Shown here: positions 28,676 to 38,358 of the stretch, piece by piece | Position numbering within the stretch: the stretch's first letter is position 1 | How the letters are laid out: every line of letters starts with the position of its first letter | Program-made: the position numbers and the translations under genes | Notes under the pieces: model-generated | The model's database searches: none | What the model was told of the DNA's origin: nothing | Seen by the model: the letters and a program-made list of their open reading frames with translations, nothing else | NCBI GenBank assembly: GCA_036278915.1 | Contig: DASUKB010000004.1 | Location: forward strand, 9,441 to 73,440 | Reading direction: 5' to 3' | DNA from: Patescibacteria group bacterium | GTDB lineage: Bacteria > Patescibacteriota > Doudnabacteria > UBA920 > O2-02-FULL-48-8 | DNA length: 64,000 bases

Positions 28676-31585
28676 TTAGGATTTAATCAATCCAGTTAAA
28701 CGCACGAGCGACAATATTCTGCCGTTACGGTAACCCGCAAAGCCCAACAGTGTCAAGCTCGCAAGGATAATGCTTAAAGTCGCCGTGTTGCCGGTAGGAG
28801 GCGCCACAAACGGAGTCATGCAAGAGACTGAAACATTCACAGTGTTGCCGAATGTGTTGCTCATGGTGCAGTCCGTGGTGCCGGCTGGAATCGGATTTTT
28901 TACCTGCACGCGGAACGCGCGGTTGACCGTGGCTCCGGCGGCTATGTCCGTGGCTGGATAAGTCAGAACATTGCCGTTGAGCGTAGCTCCGTCAATATCA
29001 ATGAGGTTGGAAAGCTTAACCACGTCCGAGACGTCATCCGTAAACACATAATTGGCCATGGTGGCATTGCCGGTGTTGCTTGCGGTCAGGGTATACGTGA
29101 TCATATCACCTGCTTTGGCAGTCACAGTGGTTGCATCTTTGTTCTGGGTGTCGTTCCAAGCTTTCTTGGAAAGGCTCAAGTTGGGGTTGCCGGACGGACA
29201 GTTTTGAGTGGTGACAATCGCAGTATCGCTTACCTGGCCTGCGTTATCCGCCACAGCAGTGGCGCGATTTGTCAAAGTTTGGCCGCAATTGGCGTTATTC
29301 ATAACTGCCTGGAAACTTGTGGTTACGGACTGGCCGGGATTTAAGGAAGCAATTTTTAAGTACGGCGAGACTGTTGGATTGCCCGAGGAGGACAAGCTGA
29401 CAGACAAATTATTGTTGTAATTTATGCCGTTTGGCAAGACATCTGTGATAACAACGTTTTGCGCCACAGCTGAACCGGTATTGGTAACGACTAAACGATA
29501 AACCAATTGGTCGCCGAAGGAGCTGGCAACGGATTTTTGGAAACCAGTGCCGGTTGTGGAATCGGAAACCGTCTTCACGATGCTCAAGCTCGTGTTGGTG
29601 GAGAGATTGCAAAGAACTGTAACCTTGGCTGAATCAGAGACTTTGGAGGCATTATCCGCAACAGCTGTCGATGTGTTGGTTGCGGAATTATCACAGCCGC
29701 CCGGTGCCACATCAAATGTAATCGTGTCCAACTGACCTGCTTGAAGGAGTCCAAGTTGAATGTTGGGTAAAGTGTTTGAACTTGCCTGTCCATTGATCTG
29801 GAAATTTCCGGCAAACGGCAGGGTTCCTGGCAAGACATCTGTGACAACAACGTTTTTGGCAACGCTTTCGCCTGTGTTGGATACGACAATCTTAAACGAT
29901 ACGCCCGTGCCAGCATTTATAGTCAGACTGTCGGCATAATTTTTGCCGCCGTCTTTGCTTACAGTTTTGCTGATAGTCAGCACTGGGGGCTTCGGTGGAG
30001 GCGGACAGACTGGTCCTGTGAGTTTGGCTGTGTCAGAAACCGGTCCAACTTCGTTGGATTGGGCGGTTGCCGTGTTGGTCACAGTTGTGGCACAAGTAAT
30101 ACTGTTGACCTTGGCATTGAAGGTAAATGTCTGCGAAGCACCAGGGGCAATTGTACCCATGGCAATGTTGTTCAAATCCGCACTACCCGAATTGGATAAA
30201 CCTGCGGGTAAAACATCTTTAGCAACCACGTGAGTGGCATCTCCTGTGCCAGTGTTTGACACAACAAGTTTGAATGAAACACTATCTCCTGCTTTAGCCG
30301 GGACTGATTCCACAAAACCTGATCCTGTGGTGATATTGCTTACAGTTTTGCTGATAGTCAGCACTGGGGGCTTCGGTGGAGGGGGCGTATTGGTTTTGAC
30401 TACGAGCTGGTAAGTTACGAAGTGTAAAAACTGAAAACAACCGCGCATATCGCCGATAGAAACACCTGAACCTGTGATGCCGTCAGGCAAGTTGGCCTGG
30501 AACGCACCGGTGTTGTCGTAAAGTTTGGTGGAACCGGAAACATACTGCAAGACTTGATTGGCACCCAAAGACACGTTGACATTGCCGCCTTTTTGCGCGG
30601 AAGTTATCGTGTCGGCATTGTCCGCCCAGGCTGTAGCAGTGATTGCACCGGACCCGTTTGGAACACTTGATTTCACTTGCACGTTGTGTGCGATGTTTTC
30701 CGGGAAATCCAAAACGCCGTTGTGCACATAAAGTTCAACGGTTATGGTTTGGCCGTCAGTGGCCGCAACTGTCCCATTGCTGGTGACAAATGCGCCGCCA
30801 GTGGTGGCATTTTTGGCTGCAAGCATATGGTAGTCGGTGCAGGTTGCGCCGGATTCGGAAATCGGCCAGATGTTGAGCATTGGTTTGCCGCGAGGTGGAG
30901 TTGGCAGACAAACATCGCCGCCACCATCGCCTCCGCCTGTGTCTTTGGAAATCAAAGACGCCTCAAGGGTCGTGTCTGAATCCATAATCACAGTGTAGCT
31001 GCGTTCGTAAAAATCAGTCAGGTTTGCGCCAATGTCCGCGGTGTAGGTTCCGCTGTTCAATTTGAAAGTCGCGGATCCGGAACCGTTCGTATTGGCTGAC
31101 TGGCCGTTGGACAGAGAAACTTTTGCATTTGGTATCAAAATATTTTTTGCCGGATCACCGTTGAACACGCGGACATTCAAGGTAAATTGGGCCGGATCTA
31201 CCGCTTTGGCGATAAGCGATGCCTCAAGCGTAGTGTCCGAATCGATAATCACATGGTACGAACGGTCTTGGTAGTCCTTGCCTGAAAGCTGAAGCGTGTA
31301 GCCGTCTTCCGCGACATTAGTAAAGACCACGGTACCGGAACCGTTGGTAGTGGCCTTGGTCAAGTTCGACGGATTGCCGCTTGTATCTGCATGCAGCGTC
31401 ACGTCTACGCCCGAAATTAATTTGTTCTGGGCCGGGTCGCCTTCAAACACTCGCACAGTTAAATTGTGCTTGGACGAGAAATCGGCATGAGTAATAGCCA
31501 CGGCTCCAACCACACAGGCCAAAGCCAAAGCAAGCCCCACAGATCGGGCCACGCCTGTTCTCGTAATTTGCGAAAACTTTTGCAT
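28676..31585 (-). CDS. Large sortase-substrate surface protein (2 carboxypeptidase-regulatory-like domains, 4 DUF11 repeats, APPTG)
   Basis: Probable start MQKFSQ at 31585 (GAAAGGAA RBS, signal peptide); ISKTV..NTG..TDVLP..TN repeats; APPTG, TM, R/K tail. Confidence 0.82.
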   Translation of the reverse strand: MQKFSQITRTGVARSVGLALALACVVGAVAITHADFSSKHNLTVRVFEGDPAQNKLISGVDVTLHADTSGNPSNLTKATTNGSGTVVFTNVAEDGYTLQLSGKDYQDRSYHVIIDSDTTLEASLIAKAVDPAQFTLNVRVFNGDPAKNILIPNAKVSLSNGQSANTNGSGSATFKLNSGTYTADIGANLTDFYERSYTVIMDSDTTLEASLISKDTGGGDGGGDVCLPTPPRGKPMLNIWPISESGATCTDYHMLAAKNATTGGAFVTSNGTVAATDGQTITVELYVHNGVLDFPENIAHNVQVKSSVPNGSGAITATAWADNADTITSAQKGGNVNVSLGANQVLQYVSGSTKLYDNTGAFQANLPDGITGSGVSIGDMRGCFQFLHFVTYQLVVKTNTPPPPKPPVLTISKTVSNITTGSGFVESVPAKAGDSVSFKLVVSNTGTGDATHVVAKDVLPAGLSNSGSADLNNIAMGTIAPGASQTFTFNAKVNSITCATTVTNTATAQSNEVGPVSDTAKLTGPVCPPPPKPPVLTISKTVSKDGGKNYADSLTINAGTGVSFKIVVSNTGESVAKNVVVTDVLPGTLPFAGNFQINGQASSNTLPNIQLGLLQAGQLDTITFDVAPGGCDNSATNTSTAVADNASKVSDSAKVTVLCNLSTNTSLSIVKTVSDSTTGTGFQKSVASSFGDQLVYRLVVTNTGSAVAQNVVITDVLPNGINYNNNLSVSLSSSGNPTVSPYLKIASLNPGQSVTTSFQAVMNNANCGQTLTNRATAVADNAGQVSDTAIVTTQNCPSGNPNLSLSKKAWNDTQNKDATTVTAKAGDMITYTLTASNTGNATMANYVFTDDVSDVVKLSNLIDIDGATLNGNVLTYPATDIAAGATVNRAFRVQVKNPIPAGTTDCTMSNTFGNTVNVSVSCMTPFVAPPTGNTATLSIILASLTLLGFAGYRNGRILSLVRLTGLIKS
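29955..30382. repeat. Exact 47-bp intragenic direct repeat (29955-30001 and 30336-30382)
   Basis: TTGCTTACAGTTTTGCTGATAGTCAGCACTGGGGGCTTCGGTGGAGG occurs twice and encodes PPKPPVLTISKTVS. Confidence 0.9.
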
Positions 31586-31737
31586 AACTTTCCTTTCTGA
31601 ATAATTAATTCTATCCGATTTTATTTTGAAATTTTTGAGAATGATCAATCCACCCGCGTTTATGGATGAACTGAATGATTCACAAAAAAAGGTTGGAGGA
31701 GAAAACACGTTTCGTGTTCTCCCCTCCCGATTTGAGA

Positions 31738-32643
31738 TTAGCCACCAGTCGGCCTGGGTGGCGGCGGAATACCCTGCTTCTGGGACTCCGGCGGCGGTTC
31801 GGAACTGTGGTGGTTTTGATCGACTCCAATCACAATTCCGCCGACCACGGCGGCGGCAACTACGGGCCACACCCAGCACGGGGCGCCCCAGGCTCGGCAC
31901 GGCTTGTGCACGGGTACCGGAGGCGGTGGCGGAGTTGGCGGCAGTACGATTTTGACGTTGTTGACTGCCACAGCGATAGGTCCCGGAGCTGGCGGTACAA
32001 CAGTCGGCGCAGGTGCAGGCTGCGCTTTGACCACCACGTCCTTCGGAGGGTTGACCACCATAGGCGGTACGTCTCGGAAACCCGAGACGTTGCGACACCG
32101 TTCGTAGATGATCGGCCGCACTGCTTGTCCGGCGAATGGACCCGAGGTGATCGGAATCGCTTCGTCCAATTCCCAACCAGTGATCGGACCGCTCGTTTTG
32201 TTAACCGGATAGTCCCGGTCGACATACACGGCAGAATTTCCATTAGCATCAGGGTGGCTACCAGAAGCCATCGGGAAGTCGCCGGCCACGCCACCGTTCT
32301 GAATGGTCTTGGGATGGACCTTGCCATCCTGAAACTGGCGCACAACCTGATCCCAGAATTCCTGTGGCAGCGGAGTGAGTATGGATCCGAAATAAGCTCC
32401 AGCCATTCCGCGACGGATCTTATCCTTCGCGGCTTGGTAACTGGCTGCATCCGACAGCACCATGTTGGTGATCTGCGGCTTCTCACTGGGTTCCACTCCG
32501 GTAATCGGCGGAACCATCCTGTCTGGCACCAGCGGATTCACCGCGTAATGGCGCCAAATGAAAGGCTTCTCGGTCTTGTTCTGTGCCTGCGCGGGAAGCG
32601 CAAAGCACAAACACACGGCCACGAACACCACTAATCTCTTCAT
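31738..32643 (-). CDS. Secreted proline-rich protein with C-terminal TM
   Basis: TTGACA-17-TATTCT promoter, AAGGAGG RBS, signal peptide MKRLVVF..AQA, own terminator; GC-richer than flanks. Confidence 0.75.
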   Translation of the reverse strand: MKRLVVFVAVCLCFALPAQAQNKTEKPFIWRHYAVNPLVPDRMVPPITGVEPSEKPQITNMVLSDAASYQAAKDKIRRGMAGAYFGSILTPLPQEFWDQVVRQFQDGKVHPKTIQNGGVAGDFPMASGSHPDANGNSAVYVDRDYPVNKTSGPITGWELDEAIPITSGPFAGQAVRPIIYERCRNVSGFRDVPPMVVNPPKDVVVKAQPAPAPTVVPPAPGPIAVAVNNVKIVLPPTPPPPPVPVHKPCRAWGAPCWVWPVVAAAVVGGIVIGVDQNHHSSEPPPESQKQGIPPPPRPTGG

Positions 32644-32758
32644 TAGTCCCTCCTTTAAGGACATGAAAGTCTATCTGAAGTCGCTTGAAAGCAACAGCTA
32701 AGAATACTCTAAATGGCCGCGTTTGTCAAGGCTTAAAACCTGCACTTAACCGTCAAAT

Positions 32759-33892
32759 TTATAGGCTCGAAAGCTCTGCAGACACGACCATGCGGTTTTT
32801 GGCAGTGCCTATGGGCCAGCAGGTGGAAAGGTTAAGTTTGGCCGAGGAATTGTCTATAAATTGCGTCTGGTCATCGGGTGAGAACACGTTTTGGCCAGTC
32901 ACGCGGTAACGGTAGTTATAGACCTTGCCATCCTTGCCGTAGACCGTGATGTAAATGTCGTCGCCTGGTTTGAGATAATTGATTTTGGTAAAAATCGTGG
33001 CAAACGGATCGTGCTTCCAAACGTAGTCGGAAGAATGGCCGGATACGTACATCGTACCGACCTCGCCAGGCAGAGCGGTGCCCGGGTAATGTATCACGCC
33101 GTGTTCCAAGTCGTTATCAAAAGCGGAGGCGTCCGGACTAAATATAAACGGCGCGGAAATATTGAGCTTAGGTATAGACAAAACGCCCGGTTTGGACAAA
33201 TCAAAATTATCCGCATCCGCCGTGGTTATAGCTGATCCTTTGTTGGACGAAACCGCGTAACTTATACGCTCCGAAACCATATTGAGGTTAACGTTTGTCA
33301 AAAGCTTGCTCTGATCTGAAGTTAATCCACCCGCGCCCCAAGGGTTAGTAGAATTCAAGGCCTCCACGCCGTCTGCCGTGCCATCACCGTCGGAATCAGA
33401 AAGGGTTGGGTTGGTACGCAGCATATATTCATCATAGTTTGTAAGCCCGTCGTTGTCGTAATCATTATCAGGCGCCAACAGGTCTTTGTTGGAAACTGAG
33501 TAAAAATATCCACCGATCCACTGATTATAAGCGGTTAAATCCTCGCCCAAAATTTGCTGATCTTGCGGCTTGGCAAAAAATCCTTGCGCCTGCGCGGCAA
33601 GCGATGGAAAATTCATCGTCGAATAAAAAATCAAAAACGAACCGGCAAACACTGCTGGGTAAACTAAAATACTTTTATACGGATGAAATATTCGGCGTAA
33701 AAACGCGAGAAAATTTGTAACTTCTAACCCCTTCTCATTTTTTGGCAGTTCCAAAGGTTTGGCCTCAATCTGCGCGCTTTGTTTAAGCACAAACCCGGTT
33801 GCGTCTGCAGTCACGTCAAAATTCCCGATTTTGAGCAATCGGTAAATCTCGGGCTGGTCTGAATTTGATTGTGGGAGTTCCTGTGGATTCAT
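32759..33892 (-). CDS. Sortase with Ca-binding DxDxDG (TSP3-like) repeats
   Basis: His in VSGHSS, Cys in LSTCWP, Arg in KNRMVV; GVIHYPGT..PGE; DYDNDGL and DSDGDG. Confidence 0.9.
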   Translation of the reverse strand: MNPQELPQSNSDQPEIYRLLKIGNFDVTADATGFVLKQSAQIEAKPLELPKNEKGLEVTNFLAFLRRIFHPYKSILVYPAVFAGSFLIFYSTMNFPSLAAQAQGFFAKPQDQQILGEDLTAYNQWIGGYFYSVSNKDLLAPDNDYDNDGLTNYDEYMLRTNPTLSDSDGDGTADGVEALNSTNPWGAGGLTSDQSKLLTNVNLNMVSERISYAVSSNKGSAITTADADNFDLSKPGVLSIPKLNISAPFIFSPDASAFDNDLEHGVIHYPGTALPGEVGTMYVSGHSSDYVWKHDPFATIFTKINYLKPGDDIYITVYGKDGKVYNYRYRVTGQNVFSPDDQTQFIDNSSAKLNLSTCWPIGTAKNRMVVSAELSSL

Positions 33893-34003
33893 ATGTTTCT
33901 TGACTCCAAACTATACTCCTTTTTGGCGAATTTGTCAACCCCGAGTGAAGGTTTAAACTTATTTGCTAAAAGTTGCCGTTTTGCTTAAAATTAACTATAG
34001 ATT

Positions 34004-35173
34004 ATGCCAAAAATAAAAAACTACTTCATCGCGTCCGAAACCAACGATTATCGCCCATTTATTACATCAACCACGGCATTAGTCCTGTTTGTGGCCATTA
34101 TTTGGTGCTTGAGGCTTATACTTCCAGCATCAATTAGTCTGGCCCAAAGCTACATTGACCCCACGGATGTAGCCAACCGCATAAATACCGAACGGACATC
34201 ACGCAACATCCCCCCGGTCTCCACTAACGATAAACTTGTCACGGCTGCCAATGGCAAGGCAAATGATATGCTCTCCCGAAGCTATTTTTCGCACATTGAC
34301 CCGGATGGCAACTATGTCTGGCCACGCATTGAAGCGGCCGGCTATACTCCCTACTCTATTCTGGGCGAAAACTTGGCTATGGACTTTACTTCTGCCTCCG
34401 ATATGGTCGCGGCCTGGATGAACAGCCCTACCCATCGCGCAAATTTACTCAATGACCAATTTAAAGATCAAGGGGTAGCCCAAGCAAGCGGTCTGTATGA
34501 ACCCGGACACGACACAACTATAGTCGTAAGTCTGTTCGGAGCGCTTGCGCAAACTTCGCACGTCCAGACAGCCCCAACGGGGACCTCCAATCCCCCGGTT
34601 GCGGGAACTTCCACCCCGAGCAATGATACTTCCAAACCCGACCAATTGGCAATTGGTTCGGATGCACAAGTCAGCGTGACCCAAGTTTCCGGCCACAGTT
34701 TGGTTTCCGTAAGTGTTTCCGCCACTGGCAATCCGACATTGGTTACGGCAAGGCTTTTGACGCAATCCATAACTCTCCTGCCGCAGGACGGCCGATTTGC
34801 CGGTACGTTTACATTTAATTTATCCGACCAGTTGAGCGGCCAGCAAATTTCCATTGAAGCGCGAAATGCCGCCGGCGAAAAAACCGAAAGTCAGGTTCAG
34901 CTTTCGCAGATTGAAAGCATTCCTCCTGGTCCGGATGCAGAAAACGCAACGTCCACAACGGCGCCATCTCCCATCCCCGTCTCGCAGGAAGCGCAGGTTA
35001 TGAATATTTTGCGAATTATTTTTGGAATTCTTTCTGTAATCTATCTGGGATTCCTGGTCACCGACTGGATTATCATCCATCGGGCACACGTGGACCGACC
35101 CGGCGCGCACCTGGCCCCACAAATCGCAGTATTCTTCATCCTGGCTTTAGTAAATCTCTTCGTAAAATTCTAG
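34004..35173 (+). CDS. CAP/SCP domain membrane protein
   Basis: INTER, YFSH, GENLA, WMNSPTHRANLL; two C-terminal TMs. Confidence 0.9.
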   Translation: MPKIKNYFIASETNDYRPFITSTTALVLFVAIIWCLRLILPASISLAQSYIDPTDVANRINTERTSRNIPPVSTNDKLVTAANGKANDMLSRSYFSHIDPDGNYVWPRIEAAGYTPYSILGENLAMDFTSASDMVAAWMNSPTHRANLLNDQFKDQGVAQASGLYEPGHDTTIVVSLFGALAQTSHVQTAPTGTSNPPVAGTSTPSNDTSKPDQLAIGSDAQVSVTQVSGHSLVSVSVSATGNPTLVTARLLTQSITLLPQDGRFAGTFTFNLSDQLSGQQISIEARNAAGEKTESQVQLSQIESIPPGPDAENATSTTAPSPIPVSQEAQVMNILRIIFGILSVIYLGFLVTDWIIIHRAHVDRPGAHLAPQIAVFFILALVNLFVKF

Positions 35174-35270
35174 AATAGATTGGAAAAGAAATGGACATCC
35201 CACCACGATCGCGGACAAACAAAAAAGGCCTGTCCGGCCTTTTTAGCTACTGAGCATGCTCCGTAGCATT

Positions 35271-36719
35271 TTATATATATTCCTTAACCTTTACAAACTC
35301 ATAACCTTGTTTGTTGCTTTGTTGGATAAATCGTTTGATCATTTTTAGAGTCTCATCTGCTGGAAATACTTCACCTTTGTCGTAATCCACTTCTGAGCGT
35401 TGCATTGGCAATCCTGTATCTTCCATAGTGCCAATATGGAAAATTCTTATTCTGCCCTGGCCATTGCTACTTAGGGCTTTTTTTAATAAATTTTCTGCTT
35501 TCAGAGTTTTGCTCGGAGGAATCGCGACCACATCGTAAGGGTTTCCGTGTACTACTTCCAGGCCCATTGCCTGAAATTCCCGCAGACTGTCTACTGTGCC
35601 GTGTACTCCTGCAATCCTGCCTATGGTTGGCTTTTCACCCGTAACTTGTTGGATCAGGTCTGTGGTCTTTTTTACATCACCTAAATCTTTCCTTGGACCG
35701 ACAAATCTTTTGGAGTATTCTTTCAAACCCGCTTTTGGCTTTGCGCCTTCTTGCGCCCATTCGTGAACGCCGACATCATGGCCCTCGTCAATTATCCGTT
35801 TTACGGTGTGTTCCCGCCCTTTGATAAGTGACCCGACCAAAAAAAATGTCGCTTTAGTATTCATTTCTTTGAGAATATCGAGAAGCTTTTCTGTTTCTTC
35901 GTTTGGACCATCATCAAAGGTTAAAGCCATGGCTTTTTTGCCTTCCTGTTCAAGTTTATTTTTATCCATAGACCAATGCACATTTTTACCTTTTATCCAC
36001 TCTGGTGCTGCACTTTTTTCAATTGCCCAATCTATTTTTTCAACCAGATGTGCCAACCCTAAAGCTTTCAAAACTCGCAAACGATCAACACTGGGTTCAA
36101 ACTTTTGCTCGTTACCGCTTATTTGTTTTACTAAATCAGGATTGAACTTGAATAGATTAGTGATTTTGGTGTCAGCAGTTTTCGGCGAATGCAGGACATC
36201 TTCTTTGAATTGCTTGGCATCCAACGCCTGGTTATCTATCCAATCTACGGGCAGATCTTTTCCGTGTTCCCCAAGAAATTTATTGATTCGTTCTTGAATA
36301 TTGAGCAATTGATCTAAAAACTCAACTGAAAACTCTTTTGAATTGAGTTCGTCTAACTTTTTAGCAGTCTTATAAAATTCGTCCTGCTCATATTTTTGGA
36401 CCACATAAAAAGACTTGCCTTCTTTGGAGGCATTCGATGGCGCGCCCTCTACGAACATTGCCTTCGGCAAATAATCGCCAAGTTCTGCTTGTGTGGCTTC
36501 GTAGAACTTTTTGAGTTTAACAAATTGTTCGTGATTTTTTCCGCCGTCGTCAAAGTATTCAGTTACGCCGTATTCCGGACCACTAAATTCTTTTTCTTGT
36601 CCGCCAGGAATTTCGAATGATTTTTCCACGTGGCCAAGTTTATGCAAATCAAATTCCGCCTCTTGCTTCAGAGTCTCTGTCTCGCCATTTATAAATGGTA
36701 TTTGTTTTTCTTTACGCAT
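35271..36719 (-). CDS. NodB-like polysaccharide deacetylase domain fused to an unknown N-terminal domain
   Basis: ALTFDDGP, KATFFLVG, GHDVGVH in the C-terminal half. Confidence 0.72.
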   Translation of the reverse strand: MRKEKQIPFINGETETLKQEAEFDLHKLGHVEKSFEIPGGQEKEFSGPEYGVTEYFDDGGKNHEQFVKLKKFYEATQAELGDYLPKAMFVEGAPSNASKEGKSFYVVQKYEQDEFYKTAKKLDELNSKEFSVEFLDQLLNIQERINKFLGEHGKDLPVDWIDNQALDAKQFKEDVLHSPKTADTKITNLFKFNPDLVKQISGNEQKFEPSVDRLRVLKALGLAHLVEKIDWAIEKSAAPEWIKGKNVHWSMDKNKLEQEGKKAMALTFDDGPNEETEKLLDILKEMNTKATFFLVGSLIKGREHTVKRIIDEGHDVGVHEWAQEGAKPKAGLKEYSKRFVGPRKDLGDVKKTTDLIQQVTGEKPTIGRIAGVHGTVDSLREFQAMGLEVVHGNPYDVVAIPPSKTLKAENLLKKALSSNGQGRIRIFHIGTMEDTGLPMQRSEVDYDKGEVFPADETLKMIKRFIQQSNKQGYEFVKVKEYI

Positions 36720-37615
36720 TAAATCACCTGTGCGGCGAAGTTGTGAGTGGCTAAAATTATTGAAACCACCAAAAGCCCCAAAACCAAATATTCCAATGCG
36801 ATTTTACTGGTGAAAGTTTTTTCCAGGTAGTGATGCATAAATCCCCAGACCGTATTGTACAAAGCCAAAAGTATGAGCGCCGCAGTCAGATACTGGTAAG
36901 TCCAGTTGTGGAAAGCCCAGACTCCAATTAAGCCCGAAAAAAGTGCAAAAATTATCGCAAATAAATATACTCTGCTCTTTTGGAACCCGTGCGCAAACAG
37001 AGCCTGATGCATAAGGAAAAAAGTCACGGCCACAGTCAGCCAAAACACCACTTTTGTCGGGTATGCAAAATACCAACAAATGCCAATTATGCCCGCATAG
37101 GCTTCGTAAGCCACCAAAAGTTTGGCCACGGACAAAATCCGAAGCCAAGCGGAATTGGCAGAAAGCTTACGCGACAAATGCTCGTGCATATGCGCGAAGT
37201 TTAGACAGAAAGCAAAGGCAGAAATCAAAATTACCACCTGCTTGAGTTCGGGCCGGAACGGATTTAAAAACAGCAGAGCTGCCGCGGACCAAAATAAAAT
37301 TGTCGGCAGCACATAATAATTGGCAAAGTGCCTCAAATATTGGAAATTGCCGAAATGCCGAAGACGCTGCACAAACGCGTCGCGCAAAATATGGCGAAAC
37401 TGTACGGAAGCCAAACTTACGGGCCTGCTGTCTTTGAGGTGCAAATCGAACATAAACGCAATCCAAATCACCTGGAACGCGAACAAATACCAAGCCACGG
37501 ACAAAAATTCCCAGATCTGGTTTAGGCCAATCAACACCGAAAGGGTTTCCAAACCCAAGAACAGGACCACCGTGATTATGAAATTGGATAGAATTTTATT
37601 TTGATGTGTGTTCAT
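36719..37615 (-). CDS. Multi-TM membrane protein (CPR DUF5656-like)
   Basis: About 9 TMs; C-terminal WGFMHHYLEKT..LEY. Confidence 0.65.
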   Translation of the reverse strand: MNTHQNKILSNFIITVVLFLGLETLSVLIGLNQIWEFLSVAWYLFAFQVIWIAFMFDLHLKDSRPVSLASVQFRHILRDAFVQRLRHFGNFQYLRHFANYYVLPTILFWSAAALLFLNPFRPELKQVVILISAFAFCLNFAHMHEHLSRKLSANSAWLRILSVAKLLVAYEAYAGIIGICWYFAYPTKVVFWLTVAVTFFLMHQALFAHGFQKSRVYLFAIIFALFSGLIGVWAFHNWTYQYLTAALILLALYNTVWGFMHHYLEKTFTSKIALEYLVLGLLVVSIILATHNFAAQVI

Positions 37616-37630
37616 CTAATTTCTGGCTTC

Positions 37631-38344
37631 TTACTTTTTACTTTTCCGGTAGGCGAGGAGGTTTGCTCTATATAGTGTATCAAATGTTCCGGCATCTATC
37701 CACTCGCCGTCTACTATATCCACAATGAGCTCATTTTGCTTAAGGTAAGCCTCAACTATATCTGTTACCTCAAGCTCTCCCCTTGCTGACGGTTTCAAAT
37801 TTTTTGCAATTGCCGTGGCGTTTTTGTCAAAAACATAAAGACCAGTGAGAGCATAATCAGAAATTTTGACCTTGGGTTTTTCAGCGACTTCAATTGCTTT
37901 CATCTTCTTGTCAAATTTTACCTGACCAAATCTTTCTGGATCGGCAACTTTCTTTACAAACACGAGTCCGCCTTTTTTGAATTTCTTTATAATTTTGGAC
38001 ACATCATCCTCGAACAAATTATCTCCAAGAATCATACAAACATCACCCCCATCGATAAAATGCCTGCCAATGATGAATGCTTGCGCCAAACCCTCCGGCT
38101 TGTCTTGAATTTCGTAAGTAAACCGCGCGCCGAATTCCTTGCCGCTGCCAAGAAGTTTAAGGTAATCCCCCGCGTGATCAGGGGCCACGATAATAAGAAT
38201 CTCTTTGATGCCGGCAGAAAGCAGGACATCAAGCGGATACATAATCATTGGCCGATTGTAAACAGGCAAAAGCTGCTTACTGGTAACTTTGGTAAGCGGA
38301 TAAAGCCTTGTGCCCAATCCTCCAGAAAGAATTATGCCTTTCAT
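37631..38344 (-). CDS. rmlA: Glucose-1-phosphate thymidylyltransferase (short form)
   Basis: GIILSGGLGTRLYP, SKQLLPVY, GLAQAF, LGDN, RGELE. Confidence 0.93.
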   Translation of the reverse strand: MKGIILSGGLGTRLYPLTKVTSKQLLPVYNRPMIMYPLDVLLSAGIKEILIIVAPDHAGDYLKLLGSGKEFGARFTYEIQDKPEGLAQAFIIGRHFIDGGDVCMILGDNLFEDDVSKIIKKFKKGGLVFVKKVADPERFGQVKFDKKMKAIEVAEKPKVKISDYALTGLYVFDKNATAIAKNLKPSARGELEVTDIVEAYLKQNELIVDIVDGEWIDAGTFDTLYRANLLAYRKSKK

Positions 38345-38358
38345 ATTTAGAAATTAGA

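Noticed and set aside
31586-32176. 197-aa N-terminal extension of the 1166-aa ORF in the track
   Set aside because: It overlaps the 31738-32643 gene and its terminator; the RBS and signal peptide point to ATG 31585
31675-32634. 319-aa plus-strand ORF
   Set aside because: Antisense shadow of the GC-rich proline-rich gene, with no RBS or motifs
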